From assembly GCA_964623775.1 (NCBI GenBank), contig CAZUVH010000003.1, positions 5,739-69,738 of the forward strand: a DNA stretch of 64,000 nucleotides, read 5' to 3'. The position numbers and the translations under genes are program-made. Of the stretch, positions 19,073 to 28,922 are shown piece by piece (the first letter of the stretch is position 1; every line of letters starts with the position of its first letter). Source of the stretch: an uncultured Candidatus Saccharibacteria bacterium. Its GTDB lineage: Bacteria > Patescibacteriota > Minisyncoccia > Phycocordibacterales > UBA2100. Under the pieces are notes generated by a model, which made no database searches, had not been told where the DNA came from, and saw only the letters and a list, made by a program, of their open reading frames with translations.

Positions 19073-19948
19073 ATGTTTAAGGAGGGGGCACTCGACACGA
19101 GAACGTCGGTTCTCATTGGCGGAGTTTTGGCTACTTCTGTATTTCTTGCGAATCCTAGTGTCTACAAAATCGGTACTACTCTTCCAAATTTCCATTTCTC
19201 GACCACCGCGTCGCACGAGAGCGCTGTCACGGTGCAGCTCGGGCCCTCGACGCTTCAAATCTCAGTCCCAGCTCCTCATGTATCGCAATCTCAAGTTGCA
19301 TCTGTCGCACTTCCAGCAGATGGGCCAATCATTTATGATCCTGCGTCTGCGTCGATTACAATGGCAACTCCGCAGCTGATCGAGACGACAATCGTTGGGG
19401 CATCCATGCAGAGCGCTTCGGACGTCGCCCCTATTTCAGCCAGCGTCGCAACTCCTGCGATCTCCGAGACAATCGCTCCGGCCGTACCCGAGACTCCTGT
19501 GCCGGCAATTTCAGTACCAGTCCCGATCGAATCGGTGCAGGTACAAGCGCCAGTTCAAGAAAGTGCCACGCCATCGGTACCAGCAGATACAGTAATCGAA
19601 AATACCGCAGTAGAAAGTGCCGTGTCCGCTCCTGCAGCCGCTGAACCGGTTGTTACCCCTGTCGCAGAATCTGTCCAAGAAGTAGAAACGCCCGCCGTGA
19701 CAACCCCTGTTGAAGAAATTCCAACCGCATCGGAGACTCCCGTAGAGGCACCAGCAGCTATTCCAGTACTTCCAGTCGAAGAATGCCACCCGAGCTATAT
19801 CCCGTGTTTGCGCATTGATGCGAGTGATTATGATTGCGAAGGAGGTACAGGAAACGGCCCATACTACACAGGTAAGGTGCAGGTAATCGGTCCCGACGTG
19901 TTCGGGCTTGATAAAAATGGCGACGGGTGGGGATGCGAGGCGAGCTAA
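19073..19948 (+). CDS. Anchored protein with Pro/Ala/Val/Glu stalk and C-terminal Cys-rich Ca-binding (Excalibur-like) domain
   Basis: CHPSYIPC...DYDC...DVFGLDKNGDGWGCE. Confidence 0.75.
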   Translation: MFKEGALDTRTSVLIGGVLATSVFLANPSVYKIGTTLPNFHFSTTASHESAVTVQLGPSTLQISVPAPHVSQSQVASVALPADGPIIYDPASASITMATPQLIETTIVGASMQSASDVAPISASVATPAISETIAPAVPETPVPAISVPVPIESVQVQAPVQESATPSVPADTVIENTAVESAVSAPAAAEPVVTPVAESVQEVETPAVTTPVEEIPTASETPVEAPAAIPVLPVEECHPSYIPCLRIDASDYDCEGGTGNGPYYTGKVQVIGPDVFGLDKNGDGWGCEAS

Positions 19949-20697
19949 GAATTACAAATCTTCAGTAGCTCATCAAGGACGACGGATGTATCGGCGGGGC
20001 CCGTCACCATACGTGTCTTTACGCCGGTAGGGATCACGACGTAATCGTTGCCGCCCGGATAGAGCGCGTCACCGACGTAGAGCATCTCACCCGGTGCACA
20101 ATCGAATTTTTTTGCCATCCATTCCACGCCGTACGCTTTGTTGATGCCTTTGCGCGTGATGTCGATCGTTGTCATGCCACCGATCAAGACCTCGAATTCG
20201 GGCAGCTGCTTCTCGAGCATTTTTTTTAGCTTCGTCCGCTTGGTCTGGTCTGGATCCCATGCCTTTTTCTGCTCGAGCGGCGCATCGAGCCCGATAGCCG
20301 CGAAGGCGATCTGTGCCTCGCGATCGATAATGCGCCATTTGTACGCAGAATCTTCGCTCACGATGCTTTTTGCGTCTTTTTGGATCGCATCGGCGATCTG
20401 TAGGCGCTCCTCGTGTGTCAGGGCAAAGGTGTAGCCTCTTTGCCACGATTCTCCGTCCCAGGAGTAGCACTCGGCGGCGCTGTTGGGGAATACGTAGAAT
20501 CGCCATACGTTCTTCGATTTTTCTATTTCCGGCAGTATTTGCTCCTGCACACGCGCAAAACCGGCCGCGGTGATGATCGCGCACGGCATATAGTCGAGGA
20601 GGCGTCGTAATTTATCGAGCGTTTCCGGTTTTGGAGGTCGAAAACTCTCGGCAAGAGTATCATCGAGATCGAAGAGGGCGGCTTTCGGACAATTCAT
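19945..20697 (-). CDS. HAD-IIB family hydrolase (phosphomannomutase-like)
   Basis: FDLDDTLA, GGMTTIDIT, YVGDALYPGGND. Confidence 0.88.
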   Translation of the reverse strand: MNCPKAALFDLDDTLAESFRPPKPETLDKLRRLLDYMPCAIITAAGFARVQEQILPEIEKSKNVWRFYVFPNSAAECYSWDGESWQRGYTFALTHEERLQIADAIQKDAKSIVSEDSAYKWRIIDREAQIAFAAIGLDAPLEQKKAWDPDQTKRTKLKKMLEKQLPEFEVLIGGMTTIDITRKGINKAYGVEWMAKKFDCAPGEMLYVGDALYPGGNDYVVIPTGVKTRMVTGPADTSVVLDELLKICNS

Positions 20698-20828
20698 ATG
20701 AAAAGAGTACCATAGCGCGACAGAAATCCACTGTTTTTGTCAAACTATCATGCGTGGTGCGCGGAAATTGAGTGCTAAAATAATGTAGGGCTAACTCTGC
20801 CCCTACTTTTGATACGCACACTCACAGC

Positions 20829-22049
20829 ATGAAGACACGGATTTTGATGTTTGGTTGGGAATTTCCGCCGTTCCATAGCGGGGGTTTGGGTGTCGCCTGT
20901 CTCGGGCTTACGCGATCACTTTCCCGATTGGGGACGGAGGTGATTTTCGTCATGCCCAAGAAGCTCGATGTGCGATCTCCGTACGCCAAGATCGTCTTTG
21001 CCGACCGCGGTATCAAGGTAGTGACCCATGCAATCAATTCTCTGATTACCCCATACGTCACCGCCAAATCGTATTTGAAAAATCGCAGTGCTGCCGAGGC
21101 AATCTATGGCAAGGATCTCTACAGTGAGGTCATGCGCTATGCCGCGATGGGCGGCGTCATCGCCGAGGAAGAGGAATTTGATGTCATTTATGCACACGAC
21201 TGGCTCTCTTTTGGCGCTGGAATGGAAGCGAAGAAGGCGACTGGTAAGCCGCTCATCGTACATGTGCATGCTACTGAATTCGACCGCTGCGGCGGTGCCT
21301 GGGGGGTCAATCACGATGTATATGAGGTGGAAAAAGCGGGCATGGAAGCAGCCGATGTCGTGATCGCGGTATCGGAACTGACAAAAAATATCTTGGTCCA
21401 AAACTACGGAATTCCAGCGAGTAAAATTCGCGTTGTCTACAACGGTATCGACGAAACGACAGCCACTACGGAGGGGCAGGGCTTACCGCGACTGCGCCAG
21501 CTGAAAAATGCCGGCTTCAAACTCGTCTTGTTCCTCGGGCGTGTCACACTTCAGAAGGGTCCGGATTATTTCATTCGTGCCGCAAAGCGGGTGCTCGAAG
21601 TGAATCCCAAAGTCTTCTTTATCCTCTCCGGATCCGGTGATATGGAAAAAAGTGTGATGGAGCTCGCGGCACGCCTTGGCGTCTCCGATCGGATGTTCTT
21701 CACGGGGCATCTCGAGGGTGCAGAGAAACACGAGGTCTATAGGGTTGCCGATCTTTTCGTGATGCCCTCCGTCTCCGAGCCTTTTGGCATCACCCCGCTT
21801 GAGGCAATGAAGATTGGTACGCCTGTGCTCATCTCAAAACAATCTGGCGTATCGGAAGTCGTGAAAAATGCGCTCAAGGCTGATTTCTGGGACATCGATG
21901 ATATGGCCAACAAAATCCTCTCGGTCGTAAAATATCCAGGACTCGGTAGTGCGCTTTCTGAAAATGGCGCAGTGGAGGCCAATAAGCTCACGTGGAATCA
22001 GGCCGCCGAAAAGGTAGATAGTATCGTACAGACACTCGTGAAGACATAG
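20829..22049 (+). CDS. GT4 glycosyltransferase (glycogen synthase-like)
   Basis: GWEFPPFHSGGLG, AHDWL, MPSVSEPFGITPLEA. Confidence 0.9.
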   Translation: MKTRILMFGWEFPPFHSGGLGVACLGLTRSLSRLGTEVIFVMPKKLDVRSPYAKIVFADRGIKVVTHAINSLITPYVTAKSYLKNRSAAEAIYGKDLYSEVMRYAAMGGVIAEEEEFDVIYAHDWLSFGAGMEAKKATGKPLIVHVHATEFDRCGGAWGVNHDVYEVEKAGMEAADVVIAVSELTKNILVQNYGIPASKIRVVYNGIDETTATTEGQGLPRLRQLKNAGFKLVLFLGRVTLQKGPDYFIRAAKRVLEVNPKVFFILSGSGDMEKSVMELAARLGVSDRMFFTGHLEGAEKHEVYRVADLFVMPSVSEPFGITPLEAMKIGTPVLISKQSGVSEVVKNALKADFWDIDDMANKILSVVKYPGLGSALSENGAVEANKLTWNQAAEKVDSIVQTLVKT

Positions 22050-22134
22050 AGGACTTTATCCACGTAATTGCTGAAGGAGGAAGTGTAAACATGCACTAGA
22101 ATAGAGGTACGTCGCAGTGCGGCGTTTTTCTGCC

Positions 22135-23355
22135 ATGAAATCGATCTGCTTTTATTTTCAAGTTCACCAACCGTATCGCGTCAAGCATTATCGTGTCTTT
22201 GATATCGGCAATGACCCCGAGTATTTCAATGACCGCGGCGAGCGCGATGTAAATAATAGACGCGTCATCGAGAAGGTGGCGCGCAAATCATACATTCCTG
22301 CGACCAAGCTCATTCTCCACCTTCTCAAAAAGCATCCAAGTTTCCGGGTCTCGTATTCATTTTCGGGTGTTGCTCTTGAACAAATGGAACAATACGTACC
22401 GGAAGTCATCGACCTTTTCAGGCAGGTGATCCAGACAGGGCAGGCAGAAGTCTTGGGCGAGACATACTACCATTCGCTCGCATTTTTCTATTCACCGGCA
22501 GAATTCGAGCGACAGGTCGCAAAGCATCGTGAAGTTGTTCGCAGGCTTTTTGGTGTGTGGCCACGCGTCTTCCGCAACACCGAGCTCTCGTACCGAAACG
22601 ATCTTGGCACTTGGGCCGATCAAAACGGCTACGCGGGTGTAATTGCGGAAGGTTGGGATCCGATACTTGGCTGGCGCAGTCCAAATTATGTCTACAAGCC
22701 AAAAGGCGCACAAAACGCGCGCCTCCTTCTCAAGAATTACAAGCTCTCCGATGACGTCGCGTTCCGCTTTTCCTCGAAGCAGTGGACGGAGTGGCCGCTC
22801 ACGACAGAAAAGTACGGCCAATGGCTCGGCGAAGCGGAGGGTGACACGGTGAATCTTTTTATGGACTACGAGACCTTCGGCGAACACCAGTGGGAAGACA
22901 CCGGCATTTTTCATTTCTTGGAGAAATTGCCTGAAGAAATGGCAAAAAATCCGGGGATCGATTTCAAGACACCTTCTGAAGTCATTGCAAACTACGATCC
23001 GCGCGATGAGGTGGACATCCCGCACATTCTCACGTGGGCAGATACCGACCGTGATCTCACTGCCTGGGTAGGGAATCCGATGCAAAATGCCGCGATTGAA
23101 AATATTTATGCGATGGAGAATGACATTCATCTTGTAAACGACGCGAAGCTCATGGAGGATTGGCGCAAATTGCAGACTTCCGACCACTTCTACTACATGT
23201 GTACGAAATGGTCCAACGACGGCGATGTCCACGCCTATTTCTCACCGTACGAATCTCCGTACGAAGCCTACATTGCTTACATGAACGCGCTCACGGACCT
23301 CAGATTGCGCGTCAACAAACGCCTTCCCGCTCCAGTACAGGTCGGGCAGGGCTGA
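22135..23355 (+). CDS. GH57 alpha-amylase
   Basis: FQVHQP, ETYYHSL, FRNTEL, FMDYETFGEH, LQTSDHFYYM. Confidence 0.92.
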   Translation: MKSICFYFQVHQPYRVKHYRVFDIGNDPEYFNDRGERDVNNRRVIEKVARKSYIPATKLILHLLKKHPSFRVSYSFSGVALEQMEQYVPEVIDLFRQVIQTGQAEVLGETYYHSLAFFYSPAEFERQVAKHREVVRRLFGVWPRVFRNTELSYRNDLGTWADQNGYAGVIAEGWDPILGWRSPNYVYKPKGAQNARLLLKNYKLSDDVAFRFSSKQWTEWPLTTEKYGQWLGEAEGDTVNLFMDYETFGEHQWEDTGIFHFLEKLPEEMAKNPGIDFKTPSEVIANYDPRDEVDIPHILTWADTDRDLTAWVGNPMQNAAIENIYAMENDIHLVNDAKLMEDWRKLQTSDHFYYMCTKWSNDGDVHAYFSPYESPYEAYIAYMNALTDLRLRVNKRLPAPVQVGQG

Positions 23356-23358
23356 TCT

Positions 23359-25344
23359 ATGTCACGTTCGATTGTTTTATCCAACGGCGAGCTCTGCGTC
23401 GCACTCGATCACCGCGCGGAAGTACGCGACATCTACTACCCGCACGTCGGATTGGAGGATCATGTGCGCGGTCACTACCTTCACCGCGTAGGAGTGTGGG
23501 TCGACGGCCGCATGTCGTGGTTTGACGAAGACAATGGATGGGAGATCAGCATTTCATGCAGCGACGAATCGCTCGAGAGTCGAATAGTGGCAAAACATCA
23601 GGGCATCGAGGTCGAACTCAATTTCAAAGACACTGTCTACAACGAACGCCCTGTATTTTTTAGGCAGATCACCGTAAAAAACAATGCGAATCGCGCGAGA
23701 GAGATCAAATTATACTTTGGTCATCAATTCGAGATCTATAAGTCACACGGCTCAGATACGGCGTACTACGACCCCGCGTCGCATTCGATGATTCATTACA
23801 AGGGAAGACGTGTCTTTGTCATCGGAGCAGTACTCGATGGTGAGTCGTTCAATGACTACACCGCCGGGCGCGCCAATTTTCAGGGTCACGAAGGGTCGCA
23901 TAGGGATGCGAGCGACGGTTCGCTCACGAAAAACCCAATCGAACACGGGCCGGCGGATTCGGCGATCGGCCTCTACGCCCAATATGAGTCGGGGCAGACG
24001 CGTACGTGTCACTACTGGATAGCTGCCGGACTTTCTATTCCAGAAGCGCAGGAGCTCAATCAGTACGTCATCAAGAAGACGCCGCAACATCTCGTGCAAA
24101 GCACCGCAGATTACTGGAAGGCGTGGGTCAATGCGTATCAGTGGGTTTTCACCGGGCTTCAGCCAGAGCATGTCGCGCTTTTTAAGCACTCACTCATGTA
24201 CGTACGCGCACATGTCGACAAAGAGGGTGGGGTGCTCGCCAGCCTCGATTCCGATATGTTGCAGCACGGCCTCGATACATACACGTACGTATGGCCGCGC
24301 GACGGTGCGTACGTCGCACTCGCACTCGATCTGGCGGGCGATGCCAATGTGTCGAAGCGCTTTTTCGAATTCTGCAATTCTGTCATTTCCAGCGATGGTT
24401 ATTTCATGCACAAATATCTTCCCGATAAATCACTCGGGAGTTCCTGGCATCCATGGGTAAAAGACGGCCAGATGCAGCTCCCGATCCAAGAGGACGAGAC
24501 GGCACTCGTCATTTATGCGCTCAGGCACCACTACGAGCACAGTCGCGATCTGGAATTTCTTGAGCAAATGTACAATCTACTCATTGAAAAAGCCGGCGAT
24601 TTTCTAGTGCATTATCGTGAACCAGACACAAAGCTCCCGAGACCTTCATATGATCTGTGGGAGGAAAAACGCGGCTGCTCGACCTATACGGCTGCATGCT
24701 GCTTTGGTGCCCTGACTGCCGCAGCAGATGTCGCGAAGATTCTCGGGAAAAGCGCCAACGAGACGCAGTTTCGTGATGCGGCACACGAGATTCAGGAAGC
24801 AATATTGAAGTACCTTTGGGATGAGAAAGAGGGGATTTTCGTAAAAATGGTCAACCGCAAGGGGCAGGAATTTATATACGACAAGACCGTGGATATTTCG
24901 AGCGTGTACGGCATCTTCGCTTTTGGGGTCTTGCCGCCCAACGACCCGCGACTTGCGCGTGCCTTCGATACGACGGTGCGCAAATTGAGCTACGGAATCT
25001 CGATCGGAGGCCTCGCGCGCTACGAAGGCGATGTATACTACAAGACCAATAAAGATGCAGCGGGGAATCCGTGGATCATAACGACACTCTGGTACGCAGA
25101 ATACCTGATCGCGAATGCGCACACCGAAGCGGATTTTGATCGCGTGCGAGAGATTTTCAGCTGGGTCGCGCGCCGCGCACTGCCTTCGGGAGTCCTCTCC
25201 GAACAAGTGCATCCGCAAACAGGCGTGCAACTCTCGGCGGCACCGCTCGCATGGAGTCATGCGGGGTACGTCTCGGCAGTCCTCAAATACCTCAACCGTC
25301 TTCAAGAGCTCGGCATAGGCACTGCCCTCAATCCAGCGCCGTAG
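23359..25344 (+). CDS. GH15 glucoamylase-like glycoside hydrolase
   Basis: YVWPRDG, QEDETA, YDLWEE, LSEQ, APLAWSHA. Confidence 0.92.
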   Translation: MSRSIVLSNGELCVALDHRAEVRDIYYPHVGLEDHVRGHYLHRVGVWVDGRMSWFDEDNGWEISISCSDESLESRIVAKHQGIEVELNFKDTVYNERPVFFRQITVKNNANRAREIKLYFGHQFEIYKSHGSDTAYYDPASHSMIHYKGRRVFVIGAVLDGESFNDYTAGRANFQGHEGSHRDASDGSLTKNPIEHGPADSAIGLYAQYESGQTRTCHYWIAAGLSIPEAQELNQYVIKKTPQHLVQSTADYWKAWVNAYQWVFTGLQPEHVALFKHSLMYVRAHVDKEGGVLASLDSDMLQHGLDTYTYVWPRDGAYVALALDLAGDANVSKRFFEFCNSVISSDGYFMHKYLPDKSLGSSWHPWVKDGQMQLPIQEDETALVIYALRHHYEHSRDLEFLEQMYNLLIEKAGDFLVHYREPDTKLPRPSYDLWEEKRGCSTYTAACCFGALTAAADVAKILGKSANETQFRDAAHEIQEAILKYLWDEKEGIFVKMVNRKGQEFIYDKTVDISSVYGIFAFGVLPPNDPRLARAFDTTVRKLSYGISIGGLARYEGDVYYKTNKDAAGNPWIITTLWYAEYLIANAHTEADFDRVREIFSWVARRALPSGVLSEQVHPQTGVQLSAAPLAWSHAGYVSAVLKYLNRLQELGIGTALNPAP

Positions 25345-25401
25345 ACTGCCCCAGGACTCACCGTGTTCTAAATATGGCCCTAAACAAGGATTTTCTGAGC
25401 A

Positions 25402-25430
25402 TTGACTATACTACTAATTAATAGTATAAT
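25402..25430 (+). promoter_or_regulatory. Sigma70 promoter with overlapping 22-bp palindrome
   Basis: TTGACT-N17-TATAAT; TATACTA-C-TAATTA-A-TAGTATA at 25407-25428. Confidence 0.75.
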
Positions 25431-25467
25431 TGCACAAGTACATTCAACCGCTGCCTTGGAGGGCACG

Positions 25468-25911
25468 ATGACGATGTTTATTTCTTTCTCTAGACTCCCG
25501 GCGAACATATCTGTCGAGCACTATGCGGACATCCTCAGGCTTCTCACCGCACTCTACGGCAAGCTCGCGACGGTCCCGACAAAAGAGCAGGTCGAACAGA
25601 CTGCGGCGACTCACTTCGTCGCGATCGCGAAGGGTGACTTGCGGGGCGATATTGTCGGTATGGCCACGCTCGTTTTGAACCGGCAATTTGCCAAGGTGAT
25701 GGCGGTCGCAGAAGACGTCGTTGTCATGCCGGAGTTTCGAGGTCGCGGCGTCGGCAAGAGTCTTATGCAGATGATCGAATGCGCGGCTTCCAACGAGGGC
25801 GCGAAGACGGTCGATCTCGTGACGGATCTGGAGCGTCGTGCCGCCTGCGCTCTGTACGAAAAAAACGGCTACGTGAAGCGCGACAAGATCAACTACCGCA
25901 AGACCATCTGA
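25468..25911 (+). CDS. GNAT N-acetyltransferase (GNA1-like motif)
   Basis: GGAGG SD; EDVVVMPEFRGRGVGKSLM; ALYEKNGY. Confidence 0.85.
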   Translation: MTMFISFSRLPANISVEHYADILRLLTALYGKLATVPTKEQVEQTAATHFVAIAKGDLRGDIVGMATLVLNRQFAKVMAVAEDVVVMPEFRGRGVGKSLMQMIECAASNEGAKTVDLVTDLERRAACALYEKNGYVKRDKINYRKTI

Positions 25912-25919
25912 AGTCCTTT

Positions 25920-25959
25920 AGAAGCCTGTACTGGTCCAAACCCAGTCCAGGCTTCTTTT
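25920..25959 (+). terminator. Terminator of GNAT gene
   Basis: agaagcctg.actgg/ccagt.caggcttct plus T-run. Confidence 0.65.
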
Positions 25960-25981
25960 ATTTGATACAATAAGCTTCATT

Positions 25982-26953
25982 ATGGCAATGGAAGATACGA
26001 TCAGGCGGTTTGGCGAGCAGTTTTCGTGGAAGCCGATCGTGGAGCACAGCGAGTCGCTTCGCGAATACAAATACTACGTCGTCTGCGGTATGGGAGGCTC
26101 TCACCTTGGTGCATGGCTGATCAAGCGATATGGCGAGCACAACAACATTTTCATTCATCGCGGGTACGGGCTACCCGATCTCCCCAAGGATATTCTAGAG
26201 AATGCACTCATTATCCTCAGTTCATATTCCGGCACGACGGAGGAAGTATTGGATGCTGGCAAGACGGCAAAAGACAGAGGCCTTCCGGTCGCTGTGATCA
26301 CGAAGGGCGGCCCGCTTCTCCAGTTCGCAAAGGAGAGCGTCGTTTCGCACGTCGTCATTCCAGATACGGATCTCGAACCCCGCATGGCCATCGGTTTTAC
26401 CATGCTTGGTATCGCCGCGCTCATAAAGAACTCCAAACTTGAAGAGAGTATCCGCGCTGCGGGCGTAGCTACGAATCCGTCGGTCGGCGAGATGGAGGGC
26501 GCGCGTATCGGCGGCTTACTGCAGGGTAAGATCCCACTCATCTATTCATCGGCAGCAAATATCCCGCTTGCATACATCTGGAAAATCAAATTCAACGAGA
26601 CGTCCAAGATCCCGGCGTTTTGCAATTCATTCCCCGAGCTTTGTCACAATGAGCTTTCGGGGTTTGACGTGGCCGACTCGACGAAAGCACTCTCCGCTCA
26701 AATGCACGTGATCTTTTTCGATGACGAAAAAGATACGCAGCGTATCAAAGATCGCATGCGCGTTGCCTCTGAGGTGCTCTCCGAGCATGGCATTCCTGTC
26801 ACGCACGTCGCCCTCACCGCGTGGGGTTTTGAAAAGGCATTCGAAGCTGCGCTTCTTGCGGATTGGGTCTCGCTGCACCTCGCGAAGGGGTATAATGTGC
26901 CCAATCCTCAGACGCCGCTCATTGCGGATTTTAAAAAAAGAATTGGCCAATAA
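25982..26953 (+). CDS. Bifunctional phosphoglucose/phosphomannose isomerase (SIS)
   Basis: GMGGS, SSYSGTTEE, WKIKFNETSKIPA, PELCHNE. Confidence 0.9.
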   Translation: MAMEDTIRRFGEQFSWKPIVEHSESLREYKYYVVCGMGGSHLGAWLIKRYGEHNNIFIHRGYGLPDLPKDILENALIILSSYSGTTEEVLDAGKTAKDRGLPVAVITKGGPLLQFAKESVVSHVVIPDTDLEPRMAIGFTMLGIAALIKNSKLEESIRAAGVATNPSVGEMEGARIGGLLQGKIPLIYSSAANIPLAYIWKIKFNETSKIPAFCNSFPELCHNELSGFDVADSTKALSAQMHVIFFDDEKDTQRIKDRMRVASEVLSEHGIPVTHVALTAWGFEKAFEAALLADWVSLHLAKGYNVPNPQTPLIADFKKRIGQ

Positions 26954-26959
26954 AATTGC

Positions 26960-27781
26960 ATGTACATAGTTGCTGACATCGGAGGTACGAAGACGCGGGT
27001 CGCCGCGAGCCATGATCTCGAGAAATTCGACGAGCCTGTCATTGTTGACACAATCCAAGAATACGACAAGGGGATAGCCCAACTCTCGGATGTTATCAGT
27101 CAGGTGGCTGGAGCAGAACACGTAGATGCAATCGCCGTCGCGATGGCGGGAGTGCTCTCGCATGACAAACGTATGGTGAGTGGTGCGCGGCACCTGCCGT
27201 TTTGGAGAAGCCACGACATCGTAGGCGATCTTGAGAAAACGTTTAGCACGGAAGTGCATATGGAAAACGACACTGCGCAGGTAGGCCTCGGTGAAGCGGT
27301 ATACGGCGCGGGGAAGGGCGCTGAGATCGTCGTTTACGTCACCGTCTCTACAGGAGTGAATGGGGTACGGATCGTCGGCGGCAAAATCGAGCCCGCTGCG
27401 CTCGGATTTGAGATCGGCGGACAGTATCTCATCATGGGAGACACTCCTCGGGATCTTGAGGATTTGATCTCTGGTAAGGCGATCAGCGAAAAATATGCCG
27501 TCGCTTCACCGAAGATGATTGCCAAAGATTCTCCTATATGGGAAGAGCTTGCCGAATACTGCGCCTACGGTGTGCACAACACAATCCTGCACTGGTCGCC
27601 GCACCGTGTCGTTCTCGGTGGGTCCATGTTTAATGAGATCGGCATCAAGGTCGATCGCGTGCACCATCACGTACAGCGGCTCATGAACAAACTCCCTGAA
27701 GTGCCGGAAATCGTGCACTCAAGCCTGGGCGACCTCGGTGGCCTCTGGGGCGGCATGGCCATCCTAAAAATACATCGTTAG
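26960..27781 (+). CDS. ROK family sugar kinase (glucokinase-like)
   Basis: DIGGTKTR, ENDT..GLGE, STGVNG, FEIG. Confidence 0.88.
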   Translation: MYIVADIGGTKTRVAASHDLEKFDEPVIVDTIQEYDKGIAQLSDVISQVAGAEHVDAIAVAMAGVLSHDKRMVSGARHLPFWRSHDIVGDLEKTFSTEVHMENDTAQVGLGEAVYGAGKGAEIVVYVTVSTGVNGVRIVGGKIEPAALGFEIGGQYLIMGDTPRDLEDLISGKAISEKYAVASPKMIAKDSPIWEELAEYCAYGVHNTILHWSPHRVVLGGSMFNEIGIKVDRVHHHVQRLMNKLPEVPEIVHSSLGDLGGLWGGMAILKIHR

Positions 27782-27800
27782 CCACTGCGCAGTGCGTATA

Positions 27801-28424
27801 TTACGCACTCGGTAAGTCCTTGGTCTCAGGAACCTCCTTGAAGCGTCGATACATGTCGATAAAAATAGGGATCGAGGTGACGCCAATGATGCCCAATATG
27901 ATGTACGAAAGGTAGTGCTCTACAGCTGGGAATCGTGAGCCGAGGTAATATCCCGCAAAAGTGACCCCCGCTCCCCAAATAACTGCTCCAAGAACATTGT
28001 ATGTAATGAACGTGCGATATTTCATACCCACGACACCGGCTACTATCGGCGCAAAGGTGCGCACAATCGGTATGAAGCGTGCAAGGAATATGGCGCGCGA
28101 GCCGTACTTGTCATAAAAATCCTTCGCTCGCTCGAGATGTTCGTGGCGGAAAAATCGAGAGTTTGGACGGAGGAACAATTTGATACCTATCTTATTGCCA
28201 AACCAGTATCCGGTGTTGTCGCCGAGAATAGCTGCGATGGTCACGCCGGGTATGAGAATCCATGGATTGAAAAAGCCTTGTGAAGCGAGCAGCCCGGCAG
28301 TGAAAAGCATCGAGGCGCCTGGTAGGAAAAAACCGAAGAAAACGCCCGATTCTAGGAAGACGGCCGCAAAAAGGCCCGGGTATCCCACAAACTGAATCAA
28401 TGTCGTCAGAGTGTATTCGGGCAT
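27801..28424 (-). CDS. DedA family membrane protein
   Basis: FLESG..FFLPG, LGDNTGY, RFIPIVRTFAPIVAG. Confidence 0.92.
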   Translation of the reverse strand: MPEYTLTTLIQFVGYPGLFAAVFLESGVFFGFFLPGASMLFTAGLLASQGFFNPWILIPGVTIAAILGDNTGYWFGNKIGIKLFLRPNSRFFRHEHLERAKDFYDKYGSRAIFLARFIPIVRTFAPIVAGVVGMKYRTFITYNVLGAVIWGAGVTFAGYYLGSRFPAVEHYLSYIILGIIGVTSIPIFIDMYRRFKEVPETKDLPSA

Positions 28425-28489
28425 AGGTCGAGCAATTATACAGTGTTTCGGGAAAAAAGAATCCCGCTCCTTCTTGAGAAGGGGCGGGA

Positions 28490-28891
28490 TTAATCAATCA
28501 GATTTCTCTCTGCAAACCAGGCGAGGATCTCACGGCCCATCGGGGTTGTGCGGTGGCCGTCTGCGCTGGTAAACCAGTCGAGCTCTGCAATCTCGCTCGA
28601 AGCCATCGGTTCACGGTCACCAACTGCGTCAAAGCATATCAATTTGACGTCGATGTCGGGTGCGACTACGGACGGCCCGATAAAAGTATGCCAGTGCCGA
28701 ATGGTCGACGGATCGAGTCTGACGCCTGTCTCTTCAAAAATTTCACGCAAGAGTGCCTGTTCGTCCGTTTCGCCCTTTTCGCGCTTGCCGCCAGGGCAGT
28801 AGAAAAGTTCCTGGCCGTGGGACCGTGCAAACAGAATCTTGCGGTCCCGCACGGGAATCCACGAGAGTTTGTCTATTATTTTTTTCATCAT
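28490..28891 (-). CDS. NUDIX hydrolase
   Basis: PGGKREKGETDEQALLREIFEETG Nudix box; TAAGGAG SD. Confidence 0.9.
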   Translation of the reverse strand: MMKKIIDKLSWIPVRDRKILFARSHGQELFYCPGGKREKGETDEQALLREIFEETGVRLDPSTIRHWHTFIGPSVVAPDIDVKLICFDAVGDREPMASSEIAELDWFTSADGHRTTPMGREILAWFAERNLID

Positions 28892-28922
28892 CTCACTCCT
28901 TATCTGCAGACACTATAGCAAA

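Noticed and set aside
20770-20778. GAGTGCTAA CIRCE half-site (and TCAGCACTC near 51904)
   Set aside because: No partner half-site at 9-nt spacing and no chaperone genes downstream
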